Shown: one piece after another, positions 1 through 9,969 of the stretch
Layout: every line of letters starts with the position of its first letter
Position numbering within the stretch: the first letter of the stretch is position 1
NCBI GenBank assembly: GCA_023705985.1
Contig: BPTO01000002.1
Location: forward strand, 1 to 55,497
Direction: 5' to 3'
Source of the DNA: Candidatus Heimdallarchaeota archaeon
GTDB lineage: Archaea > Asgardarchaeota > Heimdallarchaeia > Heimdallarchaeales > Heimdallarchaeaceae
DNA length: 55,497 bases
Made by a program: the position numbers and the translations under genes
The notes under the pieces: generated by a model
Told to the model about the DNA's origin: nothing
The model's input: the letters and a program-made list of their open reading frames with translations, nothing else
Databases searched by the model: none

Positions 1-1
1 A

Positions 2-613
2 GGAACACCCTTCCCAGATTCACCAAATTCTGGTGTTATAACCACTAGTGCTGAATTATCTCCTATTGCTTCTCCATTTTTTGAAAGTGGGCCACCATCA
101 GAAAAAGCAATAGAACTAGCTAGGGTTACAGACAGAGCAATTAGAGAGTCACACTGCATTGACTTAGAAAAGTTGTGTATTATCCCTGGAAAGTTAGTTT
201 GGATAGTATTCCTAGACTTCTATATTCTTAATCACGATGGGAACCTATTTGATGCTGCTGTATTAGGATCGGTAGCTGCTTTAGCTACAGCCAAAATACC
301 AAAAGTTAAAGTTACTGGAGACGACCATGAAGTTCTTGAAGAGAAAGTTCCATTGGATATTCAACACTACCCAGTATCAGTAACTACATACCGAATAGGA
401 AAAAAATTGTTAATAGATCCCACATTTAAAGAAGAAAGAGTTACAGATATGCGATTAACTTTTGCCTTTGATGAGGATGACCATATCGTTTCAGCTCAAA
501 AAGGTAATAAGGGTGTACTCAAACCTGACGAAGTTATGCCAATAGTTAAACAAGCTTTAGAAATATCCAAAGGTCTGAGAAAAGAGCTAATGAAAGCACT
601 ACCCTCTAAATGA
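2..613 (+). CDS. rrp42: Exosome complex component Rrp42 (RNase PH-like); 5' end lies outside the window
   Basis: The frame of ORF 173..613 stays open back to nt 2 (GTPFPDSPNSGVITTSAELSPIASPFFESGPPSEKAIELARVTDRAIRES...), a typical RNase-PH/Rrp42 core. L37Ae and Brix genes follow, as in the archaeal exosome superoperon. Confidence 0.8.
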   Translation, partial: GTPFPDSPNSGVITTSAELSPIASPFFESGPPSEKAIELARVTDRAIRESHCIDLEKLCIIPGKLVWIVFLDFYILNHDGNLFDAAVLGSVAALATAKIPKVKVTGDDHEVLEEKVPLDIQHYPVSVTTYRIGKKLLIDPTFKEERVTDMRLTFAFDEDDHIVSAQKGNKGVLKPDEVMPIVKQALEISKGLRKELMKALPSK

Positions 614-626
614 AAAAGAGATATTC

Positions 627-653
627 TTTTTTTTTATTTTTTTTATTTTATTT
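627..653 (+). terminator. Oligo-T tract (T9-A-T8-A-T4-A-T3) directly after the rrp42 stop
   Basis: Read directly from the sequence. Archaeal RNA polymerase terminates at oligo-T runs. Confidence 0.45.
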
Positions 654-734
654 CTTAGATTTCAATGCTTAATTTCTGTTAAAAACAATAACTCTTATAA
701 ATAGGGCTAAGATTTCAAACCGTGGTGAAAAGAT

Positions 735-1016
735 TTGGGACGTACTAAGAAGGTAGGTTCAACTGGTCGTTATGGTGCTAGGTATGGAAGTACCATTAGA
801 AAAAGAGTAAGACAAATAGAGGAAAAGAGTAAGATTTCTTATCGTTGCCCGATTTGTTTTAAACCAACATTTATTAGAGCTGGACTTGGAATATGGACTT
901 GTAAAACCTGCGGGGAGAAACGAACTGGTGGAGCTTGGGAACCTACTACAAGTGCAGGTAAAAGCATGTCACGTAGAATTACACGTATTTCAGAGGCTTT
1001 GAAAGAGAATGCTTAA
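735..1016 (+). CDS. rpl37ae: Ribosomal protein L37Ae (eL43)
   Basis: MGRTKKVGSTGRYGARYGS N-terminus and a CPIC...CKTC zinc ribbon. TTG start with GGTGA 6 nt upstream, and a TATA-like CTTATAAATAG at 694..704. Confidence 0.95.
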   Translation: MGRTKKVGSTGRYGARYGSTIRKRVRQIEEKSKISYRCPICFKPTFIRAGLGIWTCKTCGEKRTGGAWEPTTSAGKSMSRRITRISEALKENA

Positions 1017-1196
1017 CCCAAAATTACTCTTCACACTTTGAAAGATTGTTTTTACACGTTAAATTTCATTTATATACTCAAAGAAAAAGTAGACTTTCAA
1101 TTTTTCTCTCCTTTCTTAACTGTATATCCTATAGCTATAGGTTGAATGTCAAGATTAGTCAACTTTTTATTGTTCAGTGAGCTAGGTGTTATATTG

Positions 1197-1754
1197 ATGA
1201 GACGAATTAGCTTTACAACATCACGAGATCCAGCAAGAAAGACTCGATCTTTCATTCACGACATTATAAAAGTCGTACCAAGTTCATCTCGCTTTACTAG
1301 AGGGTCCAATCGTCTTTCTTATTCTCTTGGAATGATGAAAAGTCAAGGTTACTCTACGGCTGTAATTATAAATTCCGTGAAAGGGAACCCTAACTTCCTT
1401 CGTATTTTCAATCTTGTTGATTCACTTCAAGAATTTCCTTATGCTATTAAAATTCGGGGATCTACCCTCTCAAGAGAGTATGGCAAACAATCAGAAGGGA
1501 GGTCACCAAAGTTTTCACTCTTGATATCGTCATTAAACAACGCTGAAGAAGAAACAATTATTTCTAGGCTATTCAATACAACAACTGCAGATATAAGTAA
1601 ATTAGACAAACATGATTATGTTACCGTTTATGCTGATTACTTAGACAAAGAGGAAGGATTGATTTTCGTTGAATTTTTGGATAAAGACAATCAACAAACA
1701 GGTCCTAGAATCAAATTGAGAATTGTTCCTAGACGGATAGAAAATGGATTATAG
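1197..1754 (+). CDS. Brix-domain ribosome biogenesis protein (Imp4-like)
   Basis: MRRISFTTSRDPARKTRSFIHDI... is the usual archaeal Brix N-terminus. The ATG at 1197 is preferred over the ORF-track start at 1146 because an AGGTG lies just upstream. Confidence 0.75.
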   Translation: MRRISFTTSRDPARKTRSFIHDIIKVVPSSSRFTRGSNRLSYSLGMMKSQGYSTAVIINSVKGNPNFLRIFNLVDSLQEFPYAIKIRGSTLSREYGKQSEGRSPKFSLLISSLNNAEEETIISRLFNTTTADISKLDKHDYVTVYADYLDKEEGLIFVEFLDKDNQQTGPRIKLRIVPRRIENGL

Positions 1755-1769
1755 TTATACATTGATAAA

Positions 1770-2048
1770 GTGAATAAAATGGTCTCAAATTTTATTAGTG
1801 ATATTGAACTAGTTATGAAGATAAAACTTGAGAACAGACTGGTTAGTAAACTCTTATTTGACGCGTTAAACATAGAAACTACTTATAATCCAAATGACAG
1901 GGCATCTGTCCGTTTGAGTACAGAAGATGAACAACTTATACTTATAATAATTGCTCAAGATTCGGTATCTGCACGCGCAGCCATGAATTCATACATGAGA
2001 TGGATTAATCTCTCTCTTCAAATCTTATCTAATATTGGTAAAAAATGA
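1770..2048 (+). CDS. pcc1: KEOPS subunit Pcc1-like protein
   Basis: About 90 aa with ...LILIIIAQDSVSARAAMNSYMRWINLSLQIL, matching the Pcc1/CTAG pattern (A.D..aLRAa.NsylRwi). GTG start, with an alternative ATG at 1779. Confidence 0.6.
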   Translation: MNKMVSNFISDIELVMKIKLENRLVSKLLFDALNIETTYNPNDRASVRLSTEDEQLILIIIAQDSVSARAAMNSYMRWINLSLQILSNIGKK

Positions 2049-2051
2049 ACT

Positions 2052-2882
2052 TTAGGAGATACCAGCTTTACTCAATTTCTTTTGAATGAGTGGTTTTACG
2101 AGTCTGTATCGAAATGTTACTTTTCTGTAAAGGCTTTTTTTGAATAATTTTGCAACCATTCTGTATGAGTCTATTACACTCCAAATCGAGGGATAAGCAT
2201 CTATTTCATTTACAATAATTCTATCAAATTCCCTATCTTTAATTTCTCTTAAAATCTCGTTTATTGGTAAAACACCAGCTCCAAAGGCGTAGTGAGCATC
2301 ACGATCCTCAAGACAATCAGATAGATGAATTTCCTCTAGTTCTTCATAAGGGAGAATATTTAGAATTTCCATGAAATTTGAAGGCCCATTCACTAAATAG
2401 GAGTGTGCTACATCAAACAACCACCCTTTTAGCTGTACACCTAAATGATCCTTAAGCGTGTTATAAATCTCAAGAAATTCATTATCAGTATAATCTGGAA
2501 CATTTTCTACAATCAATTTAATATCAAGCTGACTCAAATTTTCAACTAATGTTTTAAGGTTTCCATTCTCAGCTTCTGGAGGGTGAAATACCCCCAAAAT
2601 CAGATTTAAGTCATCTTTGTTATTATTTATTAGCTTAATTATACTCTTGATTTCATCTTTTTTGTTTGGTTGTGCAAACTCAAAATTTTCAATACCTTCT
2701 ATTGGAAGGTGAAAAGTTAGTGGCATATCACCTACAAGAGGGATGAGTTTATCTACATTTTCTAACGATGTACCAGCTGGGTTAATTTCACATAATTCAA
2801 ATCCAAGAAGCCGAGTGAAACGTAGCAGGTGTTCAGTTGTTAATCCTTTATGTGCTTGAAGAGTTTGACCTATAAGTACCAT
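2052..2882 (-). CDS. Sugar phosphate isomerase/epimerase (xylose isomerase-like TIM barrel) family protein
   Basis: Ordered motifs FHLP, IVENV, FDVAHS and IHLSD, typical of the AP-endonuclease-2/xylose-isomerase-like barrel metal ligands. Confidence 0.65.
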   Translation of the reverse strand: MVLIGQTLQAHKGLTTEHLLRFTRLLGFELCEINPAGTSLENVDKLIPLVGDMPLTFHLPIEGIENFEFAQPNKKDEIKSIIKLINNNKDDLNLILGVFHPPEAENGNLKTLVENLSQLDIKLIVENVPDYTDNEFLEIYNTLKDHLGVQLKGWLFDVAHSYLVNGPSNFMEILNILPYEELEEIHLSDCLEDRDAHYAFGAGVLPINEILREIKDREFDRIIVNEIDAYPSIWSVIDSYRMVAKLFKKSLYRKVTFRYRLVKPLIQKKLSKAGIS

Positions 2883-2949
2883 TATGTATCCATGCGCAAT
2901 TAAAAGAGCTAAATATATAAATTAATCCCAGAAAGAATTATGTGGAAGA

Positions 2950-3705
2950 ATGAAAGTTAAATGTGCTATAGTTAGAGAACCGGGAAAAAATTATAGAAAT
3001 TGCATTTCTAGCCATCCACTTCATCATATTCTCAATATGTCTAAAGCAAAGAAGCAACATCATAGCTATTGCGAGACTTTATCCAACCTTGGGCTTGAAG
3101 TGATAAAGTTACTTCCAATAGATGGTAAACCTGATGCGTGTTTTGTTGAAGACACTGCTGTGGTTCAAGGAAAAAGAGCATTTGTAACAAGAATGGCTAA
3201 AGAGAGTAGACGAGGAGAAGATGTTGAAGTAGAAAAGCTACTAGAAGAGTTTTTTGATGTTAAAAGAGCTTTTACTCCTGCAACTATAGAAGGTGGAGAT
3301 GTTATTCATTTGCCATCTCATTTAATCAGTGGAGTCACTCAGAGAACAAATATGGAAGGAGTAGATCAAATGCGATCTTGGTTGAAGGTGCAAGTTGACA
3401 CAATCATTGATAATACCATTGTACACCTCAAAAGCTATGTGAATTATATTGGGAAGAAAACCATTCTTGTCACAATGTCTTATCAGAATCATCCTTGCCT
3501 TGAAAGATTCTACTCAATAGTTGTACCAAATGAGGAATATTACGCGACAAATTGCTTGATAATTGAAGGTGCAGTCATTATGTCTACCAAGTTTCCAAAT
3601 GTCGTAGAGATGGTAAAAGAAACTGGCTTTGAGGTATTATCCCTAGATATGAGTGAATTCGAAAAATGTGAGGGAGCATTAACTTGTTTGTCCATTATAT
3701 TTTAA
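2950..3705 (+). CDS. Dimethylarginine dimethylaminohydrolase / amidinotransferase-fold protein
   Basis: CFVEDTAVV, ATIEGGDV, GVTQRTN, HLKSY and a C-terminal GALTCLSI (catalytic Cys) match the DDAH/arginine deiminase-like pentein fold. Confidence 0.7.
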   Translation: MKVKCAIVREPGKNYRNCISSHPLHHILNMSKAKKQHHSYCETLSNLGLEVIKLLPIDGKPDACFVEDTAVVQGKRAFVTRMAKESRRGEDVEVEKLLEEFFDVKRAFTPATIEGGDVIHLPSHLISGVTQRTNMEGVDQMRSWLKVQVDTIIDNTIVHLKSYVNYIGKKTILVTMSYQNHPCLERFYSIVVPNEEYYATNCLIIEGAVIMSTKFPNVVEMVKETGFEVLSLDMSEFEKCEGALTCLSIIF

Positions 3706-3789
3706 ATAGGTCACATATAGAACAAATTCCTTCATCAAATAATGTCAAAGTGAAAGCAAAACTCTAAATATTTGATATATCATTATTAA

Positions 3790-4413
3790 TTGAGTATTAT
3801 GTTTTTGTTCAAGAGATGGAAAAGTACCTTGACTGGTTTTCTTACCTGTACTATAGTAATAGTCTGCTTGATGTTAATTCTGTGGTCAACTATAGATGTA
3901 CAGGCAGTAATCGACGCAAATACAGCATTAGTAGAACAAGCTGGTGCTGCAGGTCATTTATGGGTAATTTTACTAATGTTAGTAGTTGTAAATTTATTTA
4001 TACCATTCAATTTTGACATACCACTGCCAATCCCTTTATTGAAAGAATACAATCTTAATTCATCTATTAGTGGACATGCTGGTTTATATTTCCTAATACT
4101 TCTCATTTGGCTTATTGGAGCTTTTGTAGGTGGGTTAGCTTCAAGAGGTGGATTAAAATCTGGAATGTCTTCTGCAATTTGGTCATTCATTTTTCTAGAT
4201 TTCCTTTTTGCTGTGTTAACCGCTTCTATTAAGTCTGGTGAAGCTGGAATGAGTGGTTTTCCTCTCTTCATTGTAACATTTCTAATTGCTTTGTTCGTAG
4301 GTTCTTTCATTTTTGTAATAATTCTTGGACTTGTTGGAGGAGCAATTGGAGGTATTCTAGGTAAAATGCTGTTTAGAAAAGAAAAAATTGATGATACAAG
4401 TTCAGAAGAGTAA
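3790..4413 (+). CDS. Multi-pass membrane protein, function unknown
   Basis: Five to six hydrophobic, Gly-rich segments. No recognisable motif. Confidence 0.5.
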   Translation: MSIMFLFKRWKSTLTGFLTCTIVIVCLMLILWSTIDVQAVIDANTALVEQAGAAGHLWVILLMLVVVNLFIPFNFDIPLPIPLLKEYNLNSSISGHAGLYFLILLIWLIGAFVGGLASRGGLKSGMSSAIWSFIFLDFLFAVLTASIKSGEAGMSGFPLFIVTFLIALFVGSFIFVIILGLVGGAIGGILGKMLFRKEKIDDTSSEE

Positions 4414-4512
4414 CAAATTAAATATTCTAATCTTTACACTTTTTTGTATAATTTACTGATTTAGTATCCACATGTTTTTTATATTGAAATATTGTTTATT
4501 TATTTAACCATC

Positions 4513-6051
4513 ATGGCTTTGCAAAGTTCCTCTATAACCATCCCTTGGGTAGAAAAATACAGACCAAAAACCTTTGAAGATTTTGTAGGTAACATAGCTG
4601 AAGTTAAGAAACTAGAGAATTGGCTTAAAAAATGGAAACAAGAGAGAAAGAAAACTGCTTGGCTTTCAGGACCTGCTGGGGTGGGAAAAACAAGTGTTGT
4701 TCTATACCTTGTTAATAAATATGGTTTTGAATTTGTTGAAGTAAACGCTAGCGATAAAAGAAATAAGAAAGCTATAGAAAGAAATGTAGGTTTATCATCT
4801 ACTGAAGGAACTGTTCTACAAGGTGCTCGAGTAAAAAAACTAATACTTGTTGACGAAGCTGATGGTCTATTCGGGAATGAAGATAGAGGTGGAGCAAAAG
4901 CTCTTGCTAAAGTTGTTGAAAGAGCACGTATACCTATAATATGTACTGCTAATGATCCTAAAGCTGCTGCTCTTAAGGCAGCAAAAAAATCTATGAAGGT
5001 TTTTAATTTTGAAAGATTGAAGGATCATGAAATTTTGACTCTGCTTAAAAGAATAATAAAAAAGGAAAGTCTTTCGATAACTGAAGATATTTTAGCAAAA
5101 ATCGCAACAAACTCACATGGAGATGCGCGTTCAGCTATTAACGATTTAGAAGGAGTAGCTTTTGGTGCAATCTCTGCAGATATCACGTTTTCACCAAGAA
5201 ATCAAGAACAAAATTTGAATCAAGTTCTTACCAACATTTTCATGGCCAAGGATTTACAATCTGCAAAAAAAGCAATAGAAGGTGCTGATCTTGATTACAG
5301 AGAGCTATTAATGTATGTTTATGAACACGCATACAAACAAGCAGCAAATAATGAAGAAACTCTTAATATGTACGAGCTTATATCAGAAGCCGATTTCTAT
5401 CTTTCACAATGTTATATCAAACAAGAATGGAAGTTTCTAAAATACTTTTTTCAATTCATATCATCAGTTGGTTTGGTAAAAGAATCTTCCTTTAAATATT
5501 CTAATTTCGGTTTTCCTAGTTATTGGGGATTAATGGGAAAACTCAGAATGAGAAAGGCTAAGATAAAGAAACTGTCAGATAAAGCTGAACAAAAACTTCA
5601 TAGTTCAACAAAGTTGTTTGAAAATGATATCTATCCGTATTTGAGAATAATTTTTAGAAATGATCCCAGAATGGCTGCGGGGATTGCAGTATGGCTTAGA
5701 TTTGATCAGGATGATGTTGACTTTCTAACTGGTGGCTCTAATAAGGTTACTCAAGAAATAATGAAACACCATGAGCTGGCATATCAACAGATGGCTGAAA
5801 CATGGATAACAGAAATTAAAGAAGTAAAACCTATCAACATATTAGATTTTACAAAAAAACCCAAAAAGAGAGGAATAAAACCAATAAAAACGCAACTTCA
5901 AACTCCTCCTACAAAGGATCTCTCTCAAACCAAACCTGAACAAGAAAAAATAGAGAAAACAACACCTGTATTAAAAGAGAAAGATAAGAAAGGAAAGAAA
6001 GATAAAAAGAAAAAGCCCTCACAAGCTTCATTAGAGAAATTCTTTAATTGA
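4513..6051 (+). CDS. rfcL: Replication factor C large subunit
   Basis: PWVEKYRPKTFEDFVG, Walker A GPAGVGKTS and DEAD-like LVDEADG. A Lys-rich tail ends in the PIP box QASLEKFF. The ATG at 4513 is preferred over the TTG at 4492. Confidence 0.9.
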   Translation: MALQSSSITIPWVEKYRPKTFEDFVGNIAEVKKLENWLKKWKQERKKTAWLSGPAGVGKTSVVLYLVNKYGFEFVEVNASDKRNKKAIERNVGLSSTEGTVLQGARVKKLILVDEADGLFGNEDRGGAKALAKVVERARIPIICTANDPKAAALKAAKKSMKVFNFERLKDHEILTLLKRIIKKESLSITEDILAKIATNSHGDARSAINDLEGVAFGAISADITFSPRNQEQNLNQVLTNIFMAKDLQSAKKAIEGADLDYRELLMYVYEHAYKQAANNEETLNMYELISEADFYLSQCYIKQEWKFLKYFFQFISSVGLVKESSFKYSNFGFPSYWGLMGKLRMRKAKIKKLSDKAEQKLHSSTKLFENDIYPYLRIIFRNDPRMAAGIAVWLRFDQDDVDFLTGGSNKVTQEIMKHHELAYQQMAETWITEIKEVKPINILDFTKKPKKRGIKPIKTQLQTPPTKDLSQTKPEQEKIEKTTPVLKEKDKKGKKDKKKKPSQASLEKFFN

Positions 6052-6059
6052 ATATACTA

Positions 6060-6359
6060 TTATTTTAAGTCACTAAGTGGAAAAACTAGTCCGTTTTCAA
6101 CAAGATAGTGGAGCAATTTTTTGAAGTTAATCACAATATAAACGTCAGCTGTGATTTTTTTCTTAACCATTCCTTTCTTCGATAGAACCCCTAAAATCTC
6201 TTTTACACTTGATTCATTGATTCCTGTAACTTCAACTAGTTCTTCTAAAGTCATACCTTCATCATACATGCTTAGTGATACAGCTACAACACCAATATTA
6301 ACTCTCTCAAGAACTTCATTATCTAATAATTCGTTAGTGTTTCCTTCCTTTTCTTCCAT
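6060..6359 (-). CDS. Small winged-helix DNA-binding protein (hypothetical)
   Basis: The 99-aa sequence MTLEELVEVTGINESSVKEILGVLSKKGMVKK resembles a wHTH. It sits 5 nt downstream of the PRTase gene. Confidence 0.4.
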   Translation of the reverse strand: MEEKEGNTNELLDNEVLERVNIGVVAVSLSMYDEGMTLEELVEVTGINESSVKEILGVLSKKGMVKKKITADVYIVINFKKLLHYLVENGLVFPLSDLK

Positions 6360-6364
6360 TTAAA

Positions 6365-6958
6365 TCATTTCCTTTTCTCTTGTTCAAGGATTAGAGAGAA
6401 ATATGCTTCTACTAGTTGTGAACCGATACCAATGTCTTTGAGATACCTCTTTATTTCCTTTGGTGATTTCTTGTCTTTTAATTTGTTGTAAAGAAAACTA
6501 ATTGTTTCTCCTGCTTCCCAAGGGTAAACAACCCAATCTTCTGTTTCTTTGATATAATAATCTGGTTTTATGATACTATGTTTCTTGTAGTACAATGTAG
6601 CGGATTTCATTTTGGAAGGTTTTTTTACTTTTACATGTTTGATGGCTGCAGAAAGACTCTTTCCTGAGTCTGCTACATCATCTACAATTAAAACAGTTTT
6701 ACCTTCAACATTTTCAGAAATTTCTTGAGTTATTATTGGTTCATCAGTAGATCTAGTAGTGTTATCGTAAAATTCAATTTTAAGATTTGCTGTTCTTCTA
6801 TTGCCAAAGAAATCTGCTAATAGTCGAGCAGGTATCCACCCTCCCCTAGCTATCCCAACAATAATATCAGGATAAAACCCACTTTCAGCTATTTTTTGGA
6901 AAAGATAAAATGTCATTTGGTAACTTTGGTCCCAAGATACAATTTCGTATTCTACCAT
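6365..6958 (-). CDS. Purine (hypoxanthine/guanine/xanthine) phosphoribosyltransferase
   Basis: GIARGGWIPARLLADF and the PRPP loop VLIVDDVADSGKSL. Confidence 0.8.
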   Translation of the reverse strand: MVEYEIVSWDQSYQMTFYLFQKIAESGFYPDIIVGIARGGWIPARLLADFFGNRRTANLKIEFYDNTTRSTDEPIITQEISENVEGKTVLIVDDVADSGKSLSAAIKHVKVKKPSKMKSATLYYKKHSIIKPDYYIKETEDWVVYPWEAGETISFLYNKLKDKKSPKEIKRYLKDIGIGSQLVEAYFSLILEQEKRK

Positions 6959-7160
6959 TTTTATACCGAGAATTAATGATGGATTGTATAAGTAAAATAT
7001 GATTCTTAAACTTGTTTATCTTTTATCTTTGTCTTATTTTACAATTTGCTGATTTTTTAGATATTCAAACTTTGAACTTTGTAGAATTACCAAACTTTCG
7101 AAAGATTAAAAATCCTTTAATTATAAGGAATCTTCAATAAATAAAATCGGTGAAAAAAAC

Positions 7161-9386
7161 ATGTCGTTTATTGAAAGATTAGAAATGACTATGGAAGAAA
7201 AGCAGATCTACCAACTTCTCTTGGGCTATGGACAATTAACAGCAATTGAACTCTGTAGCCTCGGAAACTTACATTATTCTAAAGTTCAAAAAGCTTTAGA
7301 AGGATTAGCCGCAAAAGGAGCAGCTGGAGTTTCAGAAGGATATATAGAAAAATATTACTGTAGAATTCCTCTAGATTATCTGGGAGAATCGAGCGAAAAA
7401 ATAAGCAATGAAATAAGAGAACATTTGAAGGAATCTTCAACGTTCTTAAGAGAGAAAAAAACTAATTTTCATACAATTGTAGACAGTTTAAGAACTCAGC
7501 TAACAGATTCTGTCTCTCAAAAGAGCAAGGATATAGATGCCAAATTTACTCAGTTTACTACAGATATACAAAATAGCACTAAACAACAAGATGAGGAATT
7601 ATCTAGAAAATCAAATGAACTTAAAGATAATATAACATCCTTACAAGAAACACAGAAAGTTTCAGTTATATCTTCTATGAACGGGTCTATTGACGATATT
7701 AAATCCAACATGTTAGAATTCCAAAACAACCTAAGTGAAGTAATCTCTGATATTAAACAAACTAATGTAACACAAATACAATCAGCTAAAACAAAAGTCG
7801 AACAGAGTTCTACACAATCGATCGAAAAAATCCAGGTTGTATCATCTACCATCAAATCAAAAATGGAACAATTAACTGAGTCATATGCTACTGAAGTTGA
7901 TTCCATTGCTATTTTACTTGAAACTGATATAGATAAGACAAAAATAGATGTAAGAGAATTTAATCAAGCTCAAACAGAGAAAAATTTGGAATTCTCTTCT
8001 ATTGTATCAAGAAAAGCAGGGGAGACAATAGATCAGCTTTCGGATGTTGTTTCTACATCTCTTGAAGATTTAAATGGTAAACTAGGCACCATTCTAGATA
8101 ATAAAGTAACGAATTTTTCAACAAAACTTCAAGAAGCAATTGATTCGATGAGTAATCATTTACATCAAGTAAAGGAAGAAGCGATAAACGAATTAGTGGA
8201 AAATAAAAACTCAGCGATTTATTCTACAATAACTGGAATTAAGGACAAGATGGCAATAAAATTCACTGAGTTTCAAAATGAAGAACAAACGCAGAAAAAT
8301 AACCTAATCAGTGAGAGAGATGTTTTCAATCAAAAATTAGAAGCTCATTATAATGAAACCTTGACTAACTATAAACAAATAGTACAAAATATAAGAGAGC
8401 AAGCAGTAAATAGATTTGGGGTTTTTGGAGAAAATCTAACATCAGAACTTAATGAAAATACAACTGGCATAGTTGAAGGTATAAATTCGTTTAGAGAATC
8501 ATTCAAAACGCTTACAGATCAGATCGATGAAACAATTACACAAGGTTTGGATCGTAGTCATACTACTGTAGATGAGAAATGGAAACAACAAATACAAAAT
8601 CTTGATGTACTTTTCTCTGAACAGGAAACAAAAATAGTTGAACAGACACAAGAATCTATAAACAATCTTAACAACACAATTACTACACTCTCTGATGACT
8701 TAAGTAACTTCTTGCAACAAAGCGTTGATTCAATGGTAAATACAGCTAGCTCTATTGTAGAAACAACTAAGGCAGGACTTCAGGAAAACAGAACTCTTAT
8801 AGCTGGTAGCTTAGGAAATGAAGTTGACGAAGCGAAAAACTACGTTGAGGAATCAGAGAAATATTTGAATACAATATCAAACAGTTTAGTAAGCACTACT
8901 CAATCTCTAAGTAATGATTTTAAAACTCTGGAGGCAACATCAAAACAAGTGTCTGCACTACAAATTAGAACATCAACTATAATAGGAATTGATGCTGTTA
9001 TGGATCATATTGCACGAATAATTAAAGCAACTAAGAACAGAACAACGATAATGTCACCTAAAAAGGAATATATACCAATAGATGCAATAAAAGAACTTCC
9101 AAGTACAGTACAAGTAACCATCGTGACAAGTATAAACGAAGGAGATCCATGGGTAGCCGATGCTCTGGAATCTCAAGCAAATGTGAAAATAAGAGTATTA
9201 AGAGAAGGACCCGACACACCAAAATTCATTGGTGTTGAAAGGGAAAATGAAGAAGTGCTAATAGCAGCAACAGATGAAGCAACAGGAGAAGTAGTAGGTT
9301 TCATGTCTCAAAGTACTTACTTCGCTGATGCAGTGTCATTTTTAATTACAGGAAATGCTATGAGTATGTCAAAGCCACTATCATAA
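7161..9386 (+). CDS. TrmB-like HTH protein with a very long central coiled-coil region
   Basis: The N-terminus QIYQLLLGYGQLTAIELCSLGNLHYSKVQKALEGLAAKGA is TrmB-type wHTH-like. About 500 aa are S/T/Q/N/E/K-rich and poor in Pro, Gly and aromatics. The C-terminus resembles the TrmB C-domain (IGIDAVMDHIARIIKATKNRTTIMSPKK...). Confidence 0.55.
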   Translation: MSFIERLEMTMEEKQIYQLLLGYGQLTAIELCSLGNLHYSKVQKALEGLAAKGAAGVSEGYIEKYYCRIPLDYLGESSEKISNEIREHLKESSTFLREKKTNFHTIVDSLRTQLTDSVSQKSKDIDAKFTQFTTDIQNSTKQQDEELSRKSNELKDNITSLQETQKVSVISSMNGSIDDIKSNMLEFQNNLSEVISDIKQTNVTQIQSAKTKVEQSSTQSIEKIQVVSSTIKSKMEQLTESYATEVDSIAILLETDIDKTKIDVREFNQAQTEKNLEFSSIVSRKAGETIDQLSDVVSTSLEDLNGKLGTILDNKVTNFSTKLQEAIDSMSNHLHQVKEEAINELVENKNSAIYSTITGIKDKMAIKFTEFQNEEQTQKNNLISERDVFNQKLEAHYNETLTNYKQIVQNIREQAVNRFGVFGENLTSELNENTTGIVEGINSFRESFKTLTDQIDETITQGLDRSHTTVDEKWKQQIQNLDVLFSEQETKIVEQTQESINNLNNTITTLSDDLSNFLQQSVDSMVNTASSIVETTKAGLQENRTLIAGSLGNEVDEAKNYVEESEKYLNTISNSLVSTTQSLSNDFKTLEATSKQVSALQIRTSTIIGIDAVMDHIARIIKATKNRTTIMSPKKEYIPIDAIKELPSTVQVTIVTSINEGDPWVADALESQANVKIRVLREGPDTPKFIGVERENEEVLIAATDEATGEVVGFMSQSTYFADAVSFLITGNAMSMSKPLS

Positions 9387-9551
9387 TAAGAGAAAATAAG
9401 AGAAAAAAAAAACCTCTCTTTCTTTTTTTATCGTGTCACATAAATAATAGATAACAGGAAGGAGAAATACTTTTTTCGAATATTAATTATACATAATAAT
9501 ACATATTAGGATTAAAGAAACAAAAAAGAGAAAAAAAGTAGGTTAACTAGT

Positions 9552-9737
9552 TTATTCAAAGTCAATGCACTCACTGGGGCACTCATCTATACATAAACCA
9601 CAATCAGTACAGTTGTCTTTGTTAACCGTCTTAGCTATATCATCTATTAATTCATAGACATCCTCTGGACAGACATCTACACAAGCGCCACAACCAACGC
9701 AACATGATTCGTCAACAATTGTAGGAATTTTAATCAC
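9552..9737 (-). CDS. 2x[4Fe-4S] ferredoxin
   Basis: CVGCGACVDVCP and CTDCGLCIDECP cluster motifs in 61 aa. Confidence 0.9.
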   Translation of the reverse strand: MIKIPTIVDESCCVGCGACVDVCPEDVYELIDDIAKTVNKDNCTDCGLCIDECPSECIDFE

Positions 9738-9969
9738 CTTTTGATTAGTTCTAAAAAAAAATTTCCCTTTTTAACCTTTTCTATGGTAAAATGAGAGAAA
9801 AAATCAAGGTGGGATAATATTAGAACTTATTATTAAGCTTAACCCAACCAAAAAGTGATTTTGAAATTATTAAAATGTTTTTGGGCTGTAAACCACTTTC
9901 TAAGTAATCCTTAAAAAACTCGTTTTTTACCTACATATTTATTTATTGTATTGTTTTTAATATATTGTA

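Noticed and set aside
1691-1873. ORF 1691..1873 (-)
   Set aside because: It is antisense across the Brix/Pcc1 junction and low complexity.
3816-4310. ORFs 3816..4016 (+) and 3954..4310 (-) inside the membrane protein gene
   Set aside because: These are alternative-frame or antisense ORFs within a longer coherent hydrophobic ORF. Their composition is typical of shadow ORFs.
7550-7906. Antisense or alternative-frame ORFs inside larger genes (7550..7906, 14456..14674, 18465..18686, 19013..19548, 22296..22823, 27227..27932, 28262..28444, 28814..29104, 33166..33421, 36224..36451, 38220..38402, 38850..39110, 40916..41227, 41486..43627, 43648..43887, 44831..45052, 45959..46141, 48911..50537, 51089..51490, 52752..52973)
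   Set aside because: All lie opposite to or out of frame with long ORFs that carry clear family motifs. They are Ser/Leu/Phe/Ile-rich as expected from AT-rich shadow frames, and none shows a recognisable motif.
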